Positions 40,900 to 52,414 of a stretch of DNA of 52,431 nt are shown here, piece by piece. Under the pieces are notes generated by a model. That model worked only from the letters and a program-made list of their open reading frames with translations. It made no database searches and had not been told where the DNA came from. Each line of letters begins with the position of its first letter. Position 1 is the stretch's first letter. Source of the stretch: an uncultured Prochlorococcus sp. (GTDB lineage: Bacteria > Cyanobacteriota > Cyanobacteriia > PCC-6307 > Cyanobiaceae). A program made the position numbers and the translations under genes. The stretch is taken from contig CACGHR010000001.1 of NCBI GenBank assembly GCA_902572915.1, forward strand, positions 1 through 52,431. Direction: 5' to 3'.

Positions 40900-41166
40900 A
40901 TGGCACTTAAAGAAAGAATTGGTACTGTTGTCAGCGACAAAATGGATAAAACAGTTGTTGTTGCTGTTATTAACAGATATCCACATCCCACTTACAAAAA
41001 AATTGTAAGTAGAACTACACGATATAAGGCGCATGATCCAGAAAATACATGTGTTTTAGGTGATCGAGTTAAAATTAGAGAAACTAGACCGCTCAGTGCT
41101 CATAAAAGATGGGCAATAGAAGAGATTCTCAATAAAACAAGTCAGGCTAAGGAGGTTAAAAAATGA
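40900..41166 (+). CDS. rpsQ: 30S ribosomal protein S17
   Basis: [25 protein letters not shown] motifs. Confidence 0.97.
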
Positions 41167-41528
41167 TTCAACAAGAAACTTATTTAACAGTTGCCGATAA
41201 TAGTGGAGCAAAAAGACTGCAATGTATTAGGGTTTTAGGCTCTAATAGAAGGTATGCGCATGTCGGAGATGTAATCGTAGCAACTGTAAAAGATGCTCTT
41301 CCCAACATGGGAGTGAAGAAATCTGAAGTTGTTAAAGCTGTTATCGTCAGAACTAAAGCAACATTAAGAAGAAATACAGGTAATTCAATCAGATTTGATG
41401 ACAATGCGGCAGTATTGATTAATGAAGATAAGAATCCAAAAGGTACAAGAGTCTTTGGTCCTGTAGCTAGAGAACTGCGGGATAAAAATTATACAAAGAT
41501 TGTTTCTCTCGCTCCGGAGGTGATTTAA
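41163..41528 (+). CDS. rplN: 50S ribosomal protein L14
   Basis: [27 protein letters not shown] motifs. Confidence 0.98.
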
Positions 41529-41885
41529 ATGTTGGATTCATTAAAGCAAAAGAAAAATTTCCAGAGAATAAAAATGAGAATTAAAACTGGAGATTTGGTA
41601 AAAGTAATTAATGGCAAGGACAAAGGGAAAACTGGTGAGGTTCTAAAAACTATCCCTCTTGAAAATAGATTAGTTGTAAAGGGAATTAACCTTAGGACTA
41701 AACATGTAAAACCAACTCAGGAAGGAGAAACTGGAAGAATACTTACAGAAGAAGCATCTTTACATGCATCAAATGTAATGTTCTTTTCAAAGGAAAAAAA
41801 TCTTACAAGTAAGATTGAATACTTTATTGATAAAGAGGGGGTTAAGAAAAGAAGATTGAAGAAAACTGGTGAAGTAATTGATTAA
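41529..41885 (+). CDS. rplX: 50S ribosomal protein L24
   Basis: KOW motif [16 protein letters not shown]; HASNV. Confidence 0.96.
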   Translation: MLDSLKQKKNFQRIKMRIKTGDLVKVINGKDKGKTGEVLKTIPLENRLVVKGINLRTKHVKPTQEGETGRILTEEASLHASNVMFFSKEKNLTSKIEYFIDKEGVKKRRLKKTGEVID

Positions 41886-41926
41886 TTTTTCATCAGAAAC
41901 CAGATTTCAACTTTTTCTAATTTATC

Positions 41927-41948
41927 AATTCTGACAAAGACCAGAATT
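41927..41948 (+). promoter_or_regulatory. 7-bp hairpin just upstream of rplE
   Basis: AATTCTG-ACAAAGAC-CAGAATT, ending 11 nt before the rplE ATG. Confidence 0.45.
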
Positions 41949-41959
41949 AACAAAAAATT

Positions 41960-42499
41960 ATGACTCTAAAAAATCGCTACAAAGAATCAATAAGACCAAA
42001 ACTTTTAAAGGACCTTGGTCTTAAAAATATTCATCAAGTACCTAAAGTTGTCAAAGTCAACGTTAACAGAGGTCTTGGTGAGGCAGCTTCAAATTCGAAA
42101 GCTCTAGAAGCCTCCTTAAACGAAATGGCAACAATAACAGGACAAAAGGCTTTAATAACAAGAGCCAAAAAAGCTATTGCGGGTTTTAAAATTCGTGAAG
42201 GTATGCCCATTGGTTGTACTGTTACTTTGAGAGGAGATAGGATGTATTCCTTTTTGGAGAGATTTATAAATCTAGCTTTACCAAGAATAAGAGACTTCAG
42301 AGGAGTTAATCCAAAAAGTTTCGATGGGAGAGGGAATTATACCGTTGGAGTTAAAGAGCAATTAATTTTTCCTGAAATCTCTTTTGATAAAATAGACTCA
42401 ATAAGAGGGATGGATATAACTATTGTCACTAGTGCAAAGTCAGATCAAGAAGGTAAAGCTCTTTTGCAGGAGTTAGGAATGCCTTTTAGTAAGAATTAA
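41960..42499 (+). CDS. rplE: 50S ribosomal protein L5
   Basis: [21 protein letters not shown] motifs. Confidence 0.98.
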   Translation: MTLKNRYKESIRPKLLKDLGLKNIHQVPKVVKVNVNRGLGEAASNSKALEASLNEMATITGQKALITRAKKAIAGFKIREGMPIGCTVTLRGDRMYSFLERFINLALPRIRDFRGVNPKSFDGRGNYTVGVKEQLIFPEISFDKIDSIRGMDITIVTSAKSDQEGKALLQELGMPFSKN

Positions 42500-42508
42500 A
42501 TTAAAACT

Positions 42509-42910
42509 ATGTCAAACCACGATCCTATTTCAGATATGCTTACTCGAATTAGAAATGCGAGTCAAAAAAAGCATACAACCACAACAATCCCAGGTTCAAA
42601 AATGTCCTTAAGTATTGCCAAAGTGCTTCAAAAAGAGGGTTTCATTTCTGATATTAACGAGGAAGGTGAAGGTTATAAATCACAAATAATACTTGGTCTC
42701 AAATATAGTGGAAAGAATAAATTTCCAACTATTCGATCTATGCAAAGAGTAAGTAAACCTGGTTTGAGAATTTATAAGAATACTAGAGCTTTACCAAAAG
42801 TACTTGGGGGCCTTGGAGTTGCTATCATCTCCACCTCTAAGGGCGTCATGAGTGATCGTGATGCCCGTAAACAAGGTATAGGTGGCGAAGTACTTTGTTA
42901 TGTCTATTAA
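42509..42910 (+). CDS. rpsH: 30S ribosomal protein S8
   Basis: [27 protein letters not shown] motifs. Confidence 0.98.
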   Translation: MSNHDPISDMLTRIRNASQKKHTTTTIPGSKMSLSIAKVLQKEGFISDINEEGEGYKSQIILGLKYSGKNKFPTIRSMQRVSKPGLRIYKNTRALPKVLGGLGVAIISTSKGVMSDRDARKQGIGGEVLCYVY

Positions 42911-42922
42911 GGAGAATTAATC

Positions 42923-43462
42923 ATGTCAAGAATCGGAAAAGCAGCAGTATTAATCCCAGAGAAAGTTACAGTTGATTTTGATGGATTAACAGTTACAGTG
43001 AAAGGCCCAAAGGGTGAGTTAAAACGTCTCATGCCTGAGGGAGTTAGTTTTGATAAGAAAGATAATACTGTCGTCGTAAGTCCCACAACAACCAAAATAC
43101 ATTCAAGGCAGAGACATGGTTTATGTAGAGCCTTAATTGCAAATATGGTTGAAGGGGTTACTCAAGGTTTTTCAAAGAAACTAGAAATTGTTGGCGTTGG
43201 ATCAAGAGCACAAGTAAAAGGTAAAAATCTTGTTGTTAGTGCAGGATATAGTCATCCTGTAGAAATGATCCCCCCTGATGGTATAACATACAAAGTTGAG
43301 AGTAATACAAACGTTACCGTATCTGGAATTGATAAGGAAATTGTTGGCAATGAAGCAGCAAAAATCAGATCAATTAGACCTCCAGAGCCGTATAAAGGAA
43401 AAGGAATTAAATACCATGATGAGAGAATTCTCAGAAAAGCTGGTAAATCTGGCAAAAAATAA
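42923..43462 (+). CDS. rplF: 50S ribosomal protein L6
   Basis: [17 protein letters not shown] motifs. Confidence 0.98.
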   Translation: MSRIGKAAVLIPEKVTVDFDGLTVTVKGPKGELKRLMPEGVSFDKKDNTVVVSPTTTKIHSRQRHGLCRALIANMVEGVTQGFSKKLEIVGVGSRAQVKGKNLVVSAGYSHPVEMIPPDGITYKVESNTNVTVSGIDKEIVGNEAAKIRSIRPPEPYKGKGIKYHDERILRKAGKSGKK

Positions 43463-43478
43463 TTCCAATTAAAAAAAA

Positions 43479-43847
43479 ATGACCAAACTTTCCAGGAAAT
43501 TACAAACCCAAAAAAGACATAGAAGATTAAGGAGATTCTTAATTGGAGATGCAACGCGTCCAAGATTGTCTGTTTTTCGCTCTAATAACCATATTTATGC
43601 CCAAGTCATAGATGACAACGCCCAAACAACTATTTGTTCGGCTTCAACTGTTGATAAGGAACTAAGAGAAAAATCTGAGAAATTACCTTCTGATTGTAAT
43701 TCTTCTTCTATTGTTGGAAAATTATTAGCAAAGAGAGCGATAAAAAAAGGTATTAAGCAAGTAATTTTTGACCGTGGCGGTAATTTATATCACGGTAGAG
43801 TAAAGGCACTTGCAGACGCTGCTCGTGAAGCCGGCCTAGAATTCTAA
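43479..43847 (+). CDS. rplR: 50S ribosomal protein L18
   Basis: [28 protein letters not shown] motifs. Confidence 0.98.
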   Translation: MTKLSRKLQTQKRHRRLRRFLIGDATRPRLSVFRSNNHIYAQVIDDNAQTTICSASTVDKELREKSEKLPSDCNSSSIVGKLLAKRAIKKGIKQVIFDRGGNLYHGRVKALADAAREAGLEF

Positions 43848-43863
43848 CTCTTTATTTTTTATC

Positions 43864-44484
43864 ATGACTGACACTTCAACAAAACAAGAAATTCAATCCA
43901 AGAACGATAACGTTCCTGGAGCTATGCCCGTAGAACAAAAAAAGAATAATCGTAATGAGCGAAAACGTAATAGAAGAGGTGATTCAAAAAATCTAGAGAG
44001 AGATTCTGATTGGCAAGAAAGAGTTGTTCAAATAAGACGCGTATCTAAAACTGTTAAAGGCGGAAAAAAAATGAGTTTTAGAGCAATTGTTGTTGTAGGT
44101 AATGAGAAAGGTCAAGTTGGAGTTGGTGTTGGAAAAGCCGGAGATGTGATTGGTGCAGTTAGAAAGGGAGTTTCAGATGGTAAAAAGAATCTTGTTAGAG
44201 TACCTTTAACTCCAAGTAATTCAATTCCAACTTTATCTAAAGGGAGAGATGGCGCTGCTAATGTACTAATTAGACCAGCTGCTCCAGGTACAGGTGTAAT
44301 TGCTGGTGGTTCAATAAGAACTGTTTTGGAATTAGCGGGCATAAAAAATGTCTTGGCAAAAAGATTGGGTAGTAAAACACCTTTAAATAATGCAAGAGCT
44401 GCTATGGTGGCTCTTTCTCAATTAAGAACACACAAATCTGCGTCAAGAGAGAGAGGCATCTCACTTGAACAGCTCTATTCTTGA
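43864..44484 (+). CDS. rpsE: 30S ribosomal protein S5
   Basis: [21 protein letters not shown] motifs; low-complexity N-terminal extension. Confidence 0.98.
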   Translation: MTDTSTKQEIQSKNDNVPGAMPVEQKKNNRNERKRNRRGDSKNLERDSDWQERVVQIRRVSKTVKGGKKMSFRAIVVVGNEKGQVGVGVGKAGDVIGAVRKGVSDGKKNLVRVPLTPSNSIPTLSKGRDGAANVLIRPAAPGTGVIAGGSIRTVLELAGIKNVLAKRLGSKTPLNNARAAMVALSQLRTHKSASRERGISLEQLYS

Positions 44485-44489
44485 AAATC

Positions 44490-44948
44490 ATGACTTCAAC
44501 ATTAAATACATTAAAATCAAACTCTGGCTCTAGAAAGAAAAAATTAAGAAAAGGTAGAGGTATTGCTGCAGGCCAGGGTGCTTCATGCGGTTTTGGAATG
44601 AGAGGACAAAAGTCACGTTCTGGAAGACCTACACGCCCAGGTTTTGAGGGCGGACAAATGCCTTTGTACAGAAGGGTTCCGAAATTAAAGCACTTTGAAA
44701 TTATTAATCAAAAGAATTTTTCCATAATAAATTTAGATAAATTAAATGATTTCAAAGATAACGATACTGTTAACTTAGATTCGCTAGTTAAGAAAGGAGT
44801 GATCTTTAAGCCAAAATTTCCCTTAAAAATTCTTGGTAATGGAAAAGTTAATGTAAAGTTAACTGTTCAAGCTCATGCATTCACAAAAGCTGCAAAACAA
44901 AAAATTGAGGATGCAGGTGGTTCTTGCGAACTTATAAATAATAAATAA
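44490..44948 (+). CDS. rplO: 50S ribosomal protein L15
   Basis: [24 protein letters not shown] motifs; ATG 44490 preferred over TTG 44481. Confidence 0.97.
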   Translation: MTSTLNTLKSNSGSRKKKLRKGRGIAAGQGASCGFGMRGQKSRSGRPTRPGFEGGQMPLYRRVPKLKHFEIINQKNFSIINLDKLNDFKDNDTVNLDSLVKKGVIFKPKFPLKILGNGKVNVKLTVQAHAFTKAAKQKIEDAGGSCELINNK

Positions 44949-44979
44949 ATTTACTAAAAAAATTTAGGTTAGCTTTAAA

Positions 44980-46299
44980 ATGTTTGTCAACAAAAGTAGA
45001 AATCCTAGCGCTTCTGAAATAATCTCCCAATTATTTTTAAATAAAGAGCTGAGGAGTAGAGTTTTAACAACTTTAGGCCTTCTTCTACTGGTAAGACTTG
45101 GTATCTATATCCCCATGCCTGGTATTGATAGGCAGGCGTTTAAAAGTTTTATAGATCAAGGTGGACAATTAATAGGTTTTTTAGATATTTTTACTGGCGG
45201 AGGAATTTCAACCTTAGGAATATTTGCACTGGGTATATTACCTTTTATCAATGCATCAATTATTATTCAACTTCTCACAGCTTCATTGCCTATTCTTGAA
45301 GATTTACAAAAAAATGAGGGAGAAGCAGGTAGGAGGAAAATTGCTCAAATAACTAGATATGTTTCATTAGGATGGGGGTTTTTGCAGAGTATTATTTTTT
45401 CTCTAATTCTCAGACAATATGCAATTCAGGGGATAAGTGAAACTACGTTTGTTTTGCAAACATCTATTGCCTTAGTTACTGGCTCAATGTTGGTGATGTG
45501 GTTTAGTGAAATTATTACAGAAAAAGGTATAGGTCAAGGGGCTTCATTGGTAATTTTTTTGAATATTGTTTCGACTTTACCTAAGGCTTTAAGTTCAACT
45601 ATTGATAAAGCTTTAGCTGGAGATAGAGGAGATGTTGTAGGAATAGTAGTTTTACTTGGGGTTTTTTTACTGACAATTGTTGGAATAATTTTTGTACAAG
45701 AAGGAGCAAGGCGTATTCCAATAGTTAGTGCAAAAAGACAAATAGGAAATTCAACATTACTGCCTACAAGACAGAGTTATTTGCCTTTAAAATTAAATGC
45801 TGGTGGAGTTATGCCCATAATTTTTGCATCAGCATTAATCTTTTTACCGATAACCATTGCAACAAGAGTTGATAATCGCTTTTTAAGAACAATAGCTGAA
45901 AACCTCAATCCTGGAGCACAAAATGCATGGCCATATGCTCTTACATTTTTCTCCTTAATTTTGGGATTTTCCTATTTTTATGCATCTCTCACAATTAATC
46001 CAGTTGATGTTGCTTCAAATTTAAAGAAAGGAGGGGTAGCAATACCAGGAGTAAGACCAGGAACTAATACAGCAAACTATCTATCAGGCATACAAAATAG
46101 GTTGACATTATTAGGAGGATTATTTCTTGGTTCAGTAGCTATTATTCCAGCTGCAGTAGAAAGAGCTACGAATGTGCAGACTTTTCAAGGTTTAGGTGCA
46201 ACTTCGTTACTTATTCTTGTGGGTGTTGCTATTGATACTGCTAAGCAAATTCAAACTTATGTTATTTCTCAAAGGTATGAGGGACTTATTAACGATTAA
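44980..46299 (+). CDS. secY: preprotein translocase subunit SecY
   Basis: [39 protein letters not shown] motifs; about 10 TM segments. Confidence 0.98.
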   Translation: MFVNKSRNPSASEIISQLFLNKELRSRVLTTLGLLLLVRLGIYIPMPGIDRQAFKSFIDQGGQLIGFLDIFTGGGISTLGIFALGILPFINASIIIQLLTASLPILEDLQKNEGEAGRRKIAQITRYVSLGWGFLQSIIFSLILRQYAIQGISETTFVLQTSIALVTGSMLVMWFSEIITEKGIGQGASLVIFLNIVSTLPKALSSTIDKALAGDRGDVVGIVVLLGVFLLTIVGIIFVQEGARRIPIVSAKRQIGNSTLLPTRQSYLPLKLNAGGVMPIIFASALIFLPITIATRVDNRFLRTIAENLNPGAQNAWPYALTFFSLILGFSYFYASLTINPVDVASNLKKGGVAIPGVRPGTNTANYLSGIQNRLTLLGGLFLGSVAIIPAAVERATNVQTFQGLGATSLLILVGVAIDTAKQIQTYVISQRYEGLIND

Positions 46300-46847
46300 T
46301 GAAGAAACATTTACTATTTTTGGGAGCTCCTGGAGCAGGGAAAGGGACTCAGGCAGAATTTCTTAGCCAAACTAATTCTTACTTGCATCTCTCTACAGGT
46401 GAATTATTAAGGAAAGAAATTGAAATGAACACTATCCTTGGCAGTCAGGTAAAGGATATAATTAACAGGGGAGAACTTGTTAATGACCAACTTGTATTAG
46501 AAATAGTTAGGCAAAATTTAGCTAAGAACAAGAAAGGTTGGATTCTAGATGGCTATCCAAGAAATTTAGCTCAAGCAAATTCATTGAATGAGGTCTTAAT
46601 TGAAATAAATCAACCTTTAGAAGTAGTTTTTTATTTAGACATACCAGAAGAAGTTTTAATTAAACGTTTACTTTTAAGAGGGAGAAAAGACGATACGGAA
46701 GAGACTATTAGAACGAGAATTAATATTTATAAAAAAACTACAGAACCATTGATTCAATATTTTAAAGATCTTTCATTATTAGAATATATTGATGCTGATA
46801 GAGATTTAAAAACTATTTCATCTGATATCAGACAAAAAATGGCTTGA
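46299..46847 (+). CDS. adk: adenylate kinase (short, no large LID domain)
   Basis: [33 protein letters not shown] motifs. Confidence 0.97.
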   Translation: MKKHLLFLGAPGAGKGTQAEFLSQTNSYLHLSTGELLRKEIEMNTILGSQVKDIINRGELVNDQLVLEIVRQNLAKNKKGWILDGYPRNLAQANSLNEVLIEINQPLEVVFYLDIPEEVLIKRLLLRGRKDDTEETIRTRINIYKKTTEPLIQYFKDLSLLEYIDADRDLKTISSDIRQKMA

Positions 46848-46890
46848 TCATGATGTAGAATATACTATTAACGTTTATTCGTAAAACCCT

Positions 46891-47007
46891 ATGAAGGTCA
46901 GATCTTCAGTCAAAAAAATTAGTCCTGACGATCAGATCGTAAGGAGAAGAGGTAAAATCTATGTTATTAACAAGAAAAGACCTCGTAATAAACAGCGTCA
47001 GGGTTAA
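46891..47007 (+). CDS. rpmJ: 50S ribosomal protein L36, cysteine-free (zinc-independent) type; not in the ORF track
   Basis: Manual translation [38 protein letters not shown]; canonical position between adk and rpsM. Confidence 0.96.
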   Translation: MKVRSSVKKISPDDQIVRRRGKIYVINKKRPRNKQRQG

Positions 47008-47049
47008 ATTTTAAACCCTTTAATTCAAACTTTTACTTACTCAAAACAC

Positions 47050-47415
47050 GTGGCCAGGATTGCAGGAATTGACATACCTCGCGAAAAGCGAGTTGAAATT
47101 GCACTTACATACGTATATGGAATTGGTTTAACAAGATCGAAGCTAATTCTTGCTAATACCGGAGTTAATCCAGATATTCGCGTCAAAGACCTCTCTGATT
47201 CTGATGTACAAAAACTAAGGGCTGCTACAGAAGAATTCACTTTAGAAGGAGATTTGAGAAGAAAAGAGGGAATGGCTTTAAAACGTCTACAAGATATAGG
47301 ATGTGTTAGAGGAAGAAGACACAGAATGAGTCTTCCAGTAAGAGGCCAAAGAACAAGAACTAATGCAAGAACAAGAAGGGGATCAAGAAAAACAGTCGCT
47401 GGAAGAAAAAAATAA
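47050..47415 (+). CDS. rpsM: 30S ribosomal protein S13
   Basis: [24 protein letters not shown] motifs; GTG start. Confidence 0.98.
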   Translation: MARIAGIDIPREKRVEIALTYVYGIGLTRSKLILANTGVNPDIRVKDLSDSDVQKLRAATEEFTLEGDLRRKEGMALKRLQDIGCVRGRRHRMSLPVRGQRTRTNARTRRGSRKTVAGRKK

Positions 47416-47459
47416 TTAATTAAATCTATTAACAAATTCCAGTTTCAAATTAAAACATC

Positions 47460-47852
47460 ATGGCAGCTACAGCAAAAAAAACAGGTTCAAAGAAATCCAA
47501 ACGTAATGTACCAAATGGTGTGGTACATATCCAAAGCACATTTAATAATACCATTGTTTCAATTACTGACACTTCTGGTCATGTCATTTCTTGGTCTTCT
47601 GCAGGAGCGAGTGGATTTAAGGGTGCTAGGAAAGGTACGCCATTTGCTGCTCAAACAGCAGCTGAAGCTGCAGCTAGGAGAGCACTCGATCAAGGTATGA
47701 GGCAAATAGAAGTATTAGTAAGAGGACCAGGCTCAGGTAGGGAAACGGCCATAAGGGCTTTACAAGTGGCCGGTTTAGAAATAACTCTAATAAGAGATGT
47801 AACTCCATTACCACATAATGGATGTAGAAGACCTAAACGAAGACGCGTTTAG
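47460..47852 (+). CDS. rpsK: 30S ribosomal protein S11
   Basis: [26 protein letters not shown] motifs. Confidence 0.98.
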   Translation: MAATAKKTGSKKSKRNVPNGVVHIQSTFNNTIVSITDTSGHVISWSSAGASGFKGARKGTPFAAQTAAEAAARRALDQGMRQIEVLVRGPGSGRETAIRALQVAGLEITLIRDVTPLPHNGCRRPKRRRV

Positions 47853-47904
47853 GTCTTAACCATTCTCACCCCCCCAAAAAAAACTTTTAACCTTATTTTT
47901 TTCC

Positions 47905-48843
47905 GTGTTGCAATACCAGATTGACAGAATTGACCATCAAACAGCTGATGATCGCTCCCAAACAGGAACTTTTTTAATTGGCCCTTTAGAAAGGGGACAA
48001 GCTACAACTTTGGGTAACTCTCTTAGAAGAGTCCTTATGGGAGGACTTGAAGGAAGTGCAGTGACTGCAGTTAGAATAGCAGGAATTAACCATGAATATG
48101 CCACCATTCCTGGAGTTAGAGAAGATGTTTTAGATATTCTTCTCAATTGTAAGCAACTATCAATTAATAGCTCTAATCCAGAGCTTGAAATAGGTAGGTT
48201 AGTAGCAAATGGTCCAATGGAGGTTAAAGCGAATGATATTCAATTCTCATCTCAAGTTGAAATTGTAGATGGCGAAAAACCTATCGCCACTATTCAGGAG
48301 GGCCATAATTTAGAATTAGAAATTCATGTTGAAAGAGGTGTGGGATATAGACCAGTAGATCGTAAGAATGAGGAGACAACTGCTATTGATTTACTGCAAA
48401 TAGATGCTGTCTTTATGCCAGTTAAGAGAGTTAATTTTACGATTGATGAAACTGCTGTTGCAGAGGGTGGAACAGGTAGAGAAAGATTAAAAATGGAAGT
48501 AGTTACAGATGGATCAACAAGTCCTGATGATGCAATTGCTGAAGCTGCAAACCAGTTAATAGAACTTTTTCAACCTCTTGCTACTGTTACTATGGTTGAA
48601 GAAATTCCTGAAGAACCTGAACCATCTCCTGAAGCTCAAATTCCTCTTGAGGAACTAAATTTGTCCGTTAGAGCATATAATTGTTTAAAAAGAGCACAAG
48701 TTAACTCAGTTTCGGATTTAATGGGCTTTAGTTATGAAGATCTTCTTGAAATTAAGAACTTTGGCTCTAAATCTGCAGATGAGGTTATTGAAGCTCTAGA
48801 GCGCATCGGTATTTCTATTCCACAGAGTAGAACTTCTGTTTAA
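47905..48843 (+). CDS. rpoA: DNA-directed RNA polymerase subunit alpha
   Basis: [34 protein letters not shown] motifs; GTG start. Confidence 0.98.
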   Translation: MLQYQIDRIDHQTADDRSQTGTFLIGPLERGQATTLGNSLRRVLMGGLEGSAVTAVRIAGINHEYATIPGVREDVLDILLNCKQLSINSSNPELEIGRLVANGPMEVKANDIQFSSQVEIVDGEKPIATIQEGHNLELEIHVERGVGYRPVDRKNEETTAIDLLQIDAVFMPVKRVNFTIDETAVAEGGTGRERLKMEVVTDGSTSPDDAIAEAANQLIELFQPLATVTMVEEIPEEPEPSPEAQIPLEELNLSVRAYNCLKRAQVNSVSDLMGFSYEDLLEIKNFGSKSADEVIEALERIGISIPQSRTSV

Positions 48844-48857
48844 CAATTTTTAAGATT

Positions 48858-49208
48858 ATGAGACACCAACTTAGAATTCCATTATTGAGTAAACCTGCTG
48901 ACCAGAGGAAGGCACTCCTAAGAGGTTTGACTACACAATTAATTAGGGAAGGTAGAGTAACGACAACAAAAGCTAGGGCAAAAGCTTTAAGAAATGAAGC
49001 TGAAAGAATGATTTCACTAGCCAAAGATGGAAGTTTAGCGTCTAGGAGAAGGGCTATTGGATATATTTATGATAAAAAATTAGTTCATTCATTATTTGAA
49101 AAAGCAAAGGAAAGATATGGAGACAGAAATGGTGGTTATACACGCATAGTCAGAACTGTATCTAGGAAAGGTGATAATGCTCAGATGGCCATAATCGAAC
49201 TTGTTTAA
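48858..49208 (+). CDS. rplQ: 50S ribosomal protein L17
   Basis: MRH, TTKARAK, GGYTRI, RKGDNA motifs. Confidence 0.98.
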   Translation: MRHQLRIPLLSKPADQRKALLRGLTTQLIREGRVTTTKARAKALRNEAERMISLAKDGSLASRRRAIGYIYDKKLVHSLFEKAKERYGDRNGGYTRIVRTVSRKGDNAQMAIIELV

Positions 49209-49245
49209 GTTAGTTAATACAGGGGCTTTGATTAAAAAATAACTT

Positions 49246-50052
49246 TTGAAAAGGGTAGCTTTACTAGTCCAATATGATGGATCTTATTATTCAGGTTGGC
49301 AAAAACAAAAAAATGCAACTGCTGTTCAAGAAATTTTAGACAGAGCTCTCTTAAAGATTACAAACCATAAAGTAAAGACTTTTGCAGCAGGCAGGACAGA
49401 TGCTGGCGTTCATGCATCAGGTCAAGTAGTACACTTTGATGTTGATTGTGTTGTTCCAGGAAATAGTTATTCTGATGTCTTAAATAGTCTTTTACCCTCA
49501 TCAATTAGGATCTTGGAATCAGTTGAGGTAAAAGATAGTTGGCATGCATGCTATTCAGCAATTTATAGACATTATCGATATGTCATTAATAACAGTAAAT
49601 TCCCAAACTTGTTCATCAATAATTGGTCATGGCATAGATATCAAAAAGTATTAGATGAAGTTTTAATGTTAGATGCATCCAGGAAAATGATAGGAGAACA
49701 TGATTTTTTTGCTTTTCAGAAAAGTGGTAGTAATAGAATAAACTCAATTACAAAAATAAAAAATATAGATATTAAAAGAGTAGAAGATTTAATTTTTGTT
49801 GATATTAAAGCTACTGGTTTTTTATATGGAATGGTCCGCTTAATTATTGGTCAACTAGTTTTAGTTGGAGAAAACAAAATATCGCCAGAAATTTTTACAG
49901 ATAGATGGGTAAATAAAAAGAAAAATGATGTTAAAGAATCTGCTCCTGCTAAGGGGTTGTGTTTTGTGAATGCTGTTTATGAAGACAATGTTTTTAAAAA
50001 GATTAATAACAATGATTTTTTCCCTGTATTTTTAATTAAGGGTTTTTCTTAA
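49246..50052 (+). CDS. truA: tRNA pseudouridine(38-40) synthase
   Basis: YDGS.YSGWQ, AGRTDAGVHA, GFLYGMVR, APAKGL motifs. Confidence 0.96.
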   Translation: MKRVALLVQYDGSYYSGWQKQKNATAVQEILDRALLKITNHKVKTFAAGRTDAGVHASGQVVHFDVDCVVPGNSYSDVLNSLLPSSIRILESVEVKDSWHACYSAIYRHYRYVINNSKFPNLFINNWSWHRYQKVLDEVLMLDASRKMIGEHDFFAFQKSGSNRINSITKIKNIDIKRVEDLIFVDIKATGFLYGMVRLIIGQLVLVGENKISPEIFTDRWVNKKKNDVKESAPAKGLCFVNAVYEDNVFKKINNNDFFPVFLIKGFS

Positions 50053-50166
50053 GGAAGGTTTAATTAAGCGAATTTTTTGTGTAAATCATTTAAAACTGTT
50101 GTTTAATATTCCTTCAATAAGGTAGAATTTAATACTTATTTAAATTTATTTGCAGAAATTTGGTAA

Positions 50167-50598
50167 ATGAATAAAACAATTACTCCATCTTTAGAAACAA
50201 TTGAAAGAAATTGGTTTTTAGTTGACGCAAAAGATAAGACGCTTGGTAGACTTGCTACAGAAATTGCAACTGTATTGAGAGGTAAGAATAAACCAACATT
50301 TACACCTCATCTAGATACTGGAGATTTTGTCATTGTAGTAAATGCCGAGAAAGTTGAGGTAACAGGTAAAAAAGCATCACAAAAATTATACAGGAGACAT
50401 TCTGGAAGACCAGGAGGAATGAAAATTGAAAAATTTGAGTCTTTACAAGAAAGAATTCCTGAAAGAATCATCGAGCAAGCTGTTAAGGGCATGCTGCCTC
50501 ATAACTCTTTAGGAAGACAGCAATTTAAAAAACTAAAAGTTTATAAAGGTGCTGATCATCCTCATGCTGCTCAGAATCCTGTATTATTAAATAGTTAA
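50167..50598 (+). CDS. rplM: 50S ribosomal protein L13
   Basis: [30 protein letters not shown] motifs. Confidence 0.98.
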   Translation: MNKTITPSLETIERNWFLVDAKDKTLGRLATEIATVLRGKNKPTFTPHLDTGDFVIVVNAEKVEVTGKKASQKLYRRHSGRPGGMKIEKFESLQERIPERIIEQAVKGMLPHNSLGRQQFKKLKVYKGADHPHAAQNPVLLNS

Positions 50599-50607
50599 TT
50601 TATCAAA

Positions 50608-51018
50608 ATGAATAGTCAAATAAAAAACAAAGCTGTGTATTGGGGAACTGGAAGAAGAAAAACTTCAGTAGCTAGAGTACGCTTGATTCCAGGAAATGGA
50701 CTAATAAAAATTAATGGTCGTGCTGGAGATGATTATTTAAACTTTAATCCTCTGCACTTAAATTCAATAAAAGCACCTTTGCAGACATTAGGCCTTGAAA
50801 ATTCTTATGATATTTTGGTAAATGTTTTTGGTGGTGGATTGACTGGTCAAGCAGATGCTATAAAGCAAGGTGCAGCACGAGCACTTTGCGAATTATCTCC
50901 TGACAATAGAAAACCGCTAAAAACGGAAGGCCATCTCAGTAGAGATCCTAGAGCTAAGGAGAGAAGAAAATATGGTCTTAAAAAAGCAAGAAAAGCTCCT
51001 CAATTCTCTAAACGTTAA
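50608..51018 (+). CDS. rpsI: 30S ribosomal protein S9
   Basis: [31 protein letters not shown] motifs. Confidence 0.98.
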   Translation: MNSQIKNKAVYWGTGRRKTSVARVRLIPGNGLIKINGRAGDDYLNFNPLHLNSIKAPLQTLGLENSYDILVNVFGGGLTGQADAIKQGAARALCELSPDNRKPLKTEGHLSRDPRAKERRKYGLKKARKAPQFSKR

Positions 51019-51031
51019 AGGAATTTAAATT

Positions 51032-51292
51032 ATGCCAAAATCAGAAATACACCCAAAATGGTATCCAGATGCAAAAGTTATTTGTAATGGAGAAGTTGTA
51101 ATGACTACTGGCTCCACGCAGCCTGAATTACATGTTGATGTTTGGAGTGGTAATCATCCCTTCTTCACTGGAACTCAAAAGATTCTTGATACAGAAGGTA
51201 GGGTTGATAGGTTTATGAAAAAATACGGAATGGGTTCAGCTAATTCAGCCACATCAAAAGATCAAAAAGAAGAAAAAGATTCTAAAAAATAG
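51032..51292 (+). CDS. rpmE: 50S ribosomal protein L31 (lacks the 4-Cys zinc site)
   Basis: IHPKWY, HPFFTG, GRVDRF motifs; only one Cys. Confidence 0.96.
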   Translation: MPKSEIHPKWYPDAKVICNGEVVMTTGSTQPELHVDVWSGNHPFFTGTQKILDTEGRVDRFMKKYGMGSANSATSKDQKEEKDSKK

Positions 51293-51319
51293 AATTTTCA
51301 AAATTAAGCATAATTTCAA

Positions 51320-52414
51320 TTGGAATACTCAACATTAATTGCAAGGTTGAAAACTGCTTCAGAAAGTTTTGAAAATTTGGAAGTGCAACTTGCAGATCCT
51401 GATATAGCTAATGATCCAAAAAAATTAGAATCAATAGCAAGAGAAAGGTCAAAATTGGAACCTTTGGTGATTGATTTTAATAAGTTGCTTGAAACTGATA
51501 AAGAAATAGAAGATTCAAAAAATCTACTAAAAGAGAATAGAAATGATAAAGAAATGGAATCTTTGATAAATGAGGAATTAATAACTCTTGAGGAATCTAA
51601 GAGTGAACTGATTCAAAAAACCACAATCGCCTTATTGCCAAAAGACCCAAGAGATGAAAGAAGTGTAATGTTAGAAATCAGAGCCGGTGCAGGAGGTAAC
51701 GAGGCTTGTATCTGGGCGGGTGATTTAGCAAGAATGTATGAAAGATATGGACAAAAAATTGGATGGTCTGTAAAACCTGTTAGTGCTTCCGAGTCAGATA
51801 TGGGTGGATTTAAGGAGTTAGTTATCTCAGTTAAGGGAGATTCTGTATATAGTCAACTTAAATTTGAAGCTGGCGTACATAGAGTCCAAAGAGTTCCAGC
51901 TACTGAATCTCAAGGTAGAGTTCACACCTCTACTGCTACAGTTGCCGTTATGCCTGAGGCTGATCCTGTTGAGGTTAAAATTGATCCAACAGATCTAGAG
52001 GTTGGAACAGCAAGGTCAGGAGGTGCAGGGGGACAAAATGTCAATAAGGTAGAAACAGCTATTGATCTTCTCCACAAGCCTACAGGAATAAGAGTTTTTT
52101 GTACTCAAGAGAGATCACAATTGCAAAATCGCGAACGAGCAATGGAAATTTTAAGAGCTAAATTGTATGAAATTCAAATAAAAGAAGCCAATGCAAAAGA
52201 GAGATCACAAAGGCTTTCACAGGTTGGAACAGGCGATAGAAGTGAAAAAATCAGAACTTATAATTTTAAAGATAACAGGACAACTGATCATAGATTAGGT
52301 TCCAATTTTTCTCTTGAGCCAATTCTTGCTGGTCAATTAGAAGAAGTGATAAATGCATGCATAGCTCAAGAACAAAAAAGAATGATGGAAGATTTTAATA
52401 AAGAAGTAAATTAA
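51320..52414 (+). CDS. prfA: peptide chain release factor 1
   Basis: PAT tripeptide ([10 protein letters not shown]), GGQ motif, [10 protein letters not shown]; TTG start. Confidence 0.97.
   Translation: MEYSTLIARLKTASESFENLEVQLADPDIANDPKKLESIARERSKLEPLVIDFNKLLETDKEIEDSKNLLKENRNDKEMESLINEELITLEESKSELIQKTTIALLPKDPRDERSVMLEIRAGAGGNEACIWAGDLARMYERYGQKIGWSVKPVSASESDMGGFKELVISVKGDSVYSQLKFEAGVHRVQRVPATESQGRVHTSTATVAVMPEADPVEVKIDPTDLEVGTARSGGAGGQNVNKVETAIDLLHKPTGIRVFCTQERSQLQNRERAMEILRAKLYEIQIKEANAKERSQRLSQVGTGDRSEKIRTYNFKDNRTTDHRLGSNFSLEPILAGQLEEVINACIAQEQKRMMEDFNKEVN

Noticed and set aside
36294-49208. Absence of rpsJ, rpsN, rpmD, rpsD and infA from the ribosomal cluster
   Set aside because: Relocation or absence of these genes is ordinary for cyanobacterial or picocyanobacterial clusters, and the gaps show no remnants.
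51320-52414. Programmed frameshift in the release factor gene
   Set aside because: This is RF1 (PAT motif) with a continuous ORF; the known +1 frameshift belongs to prfB.
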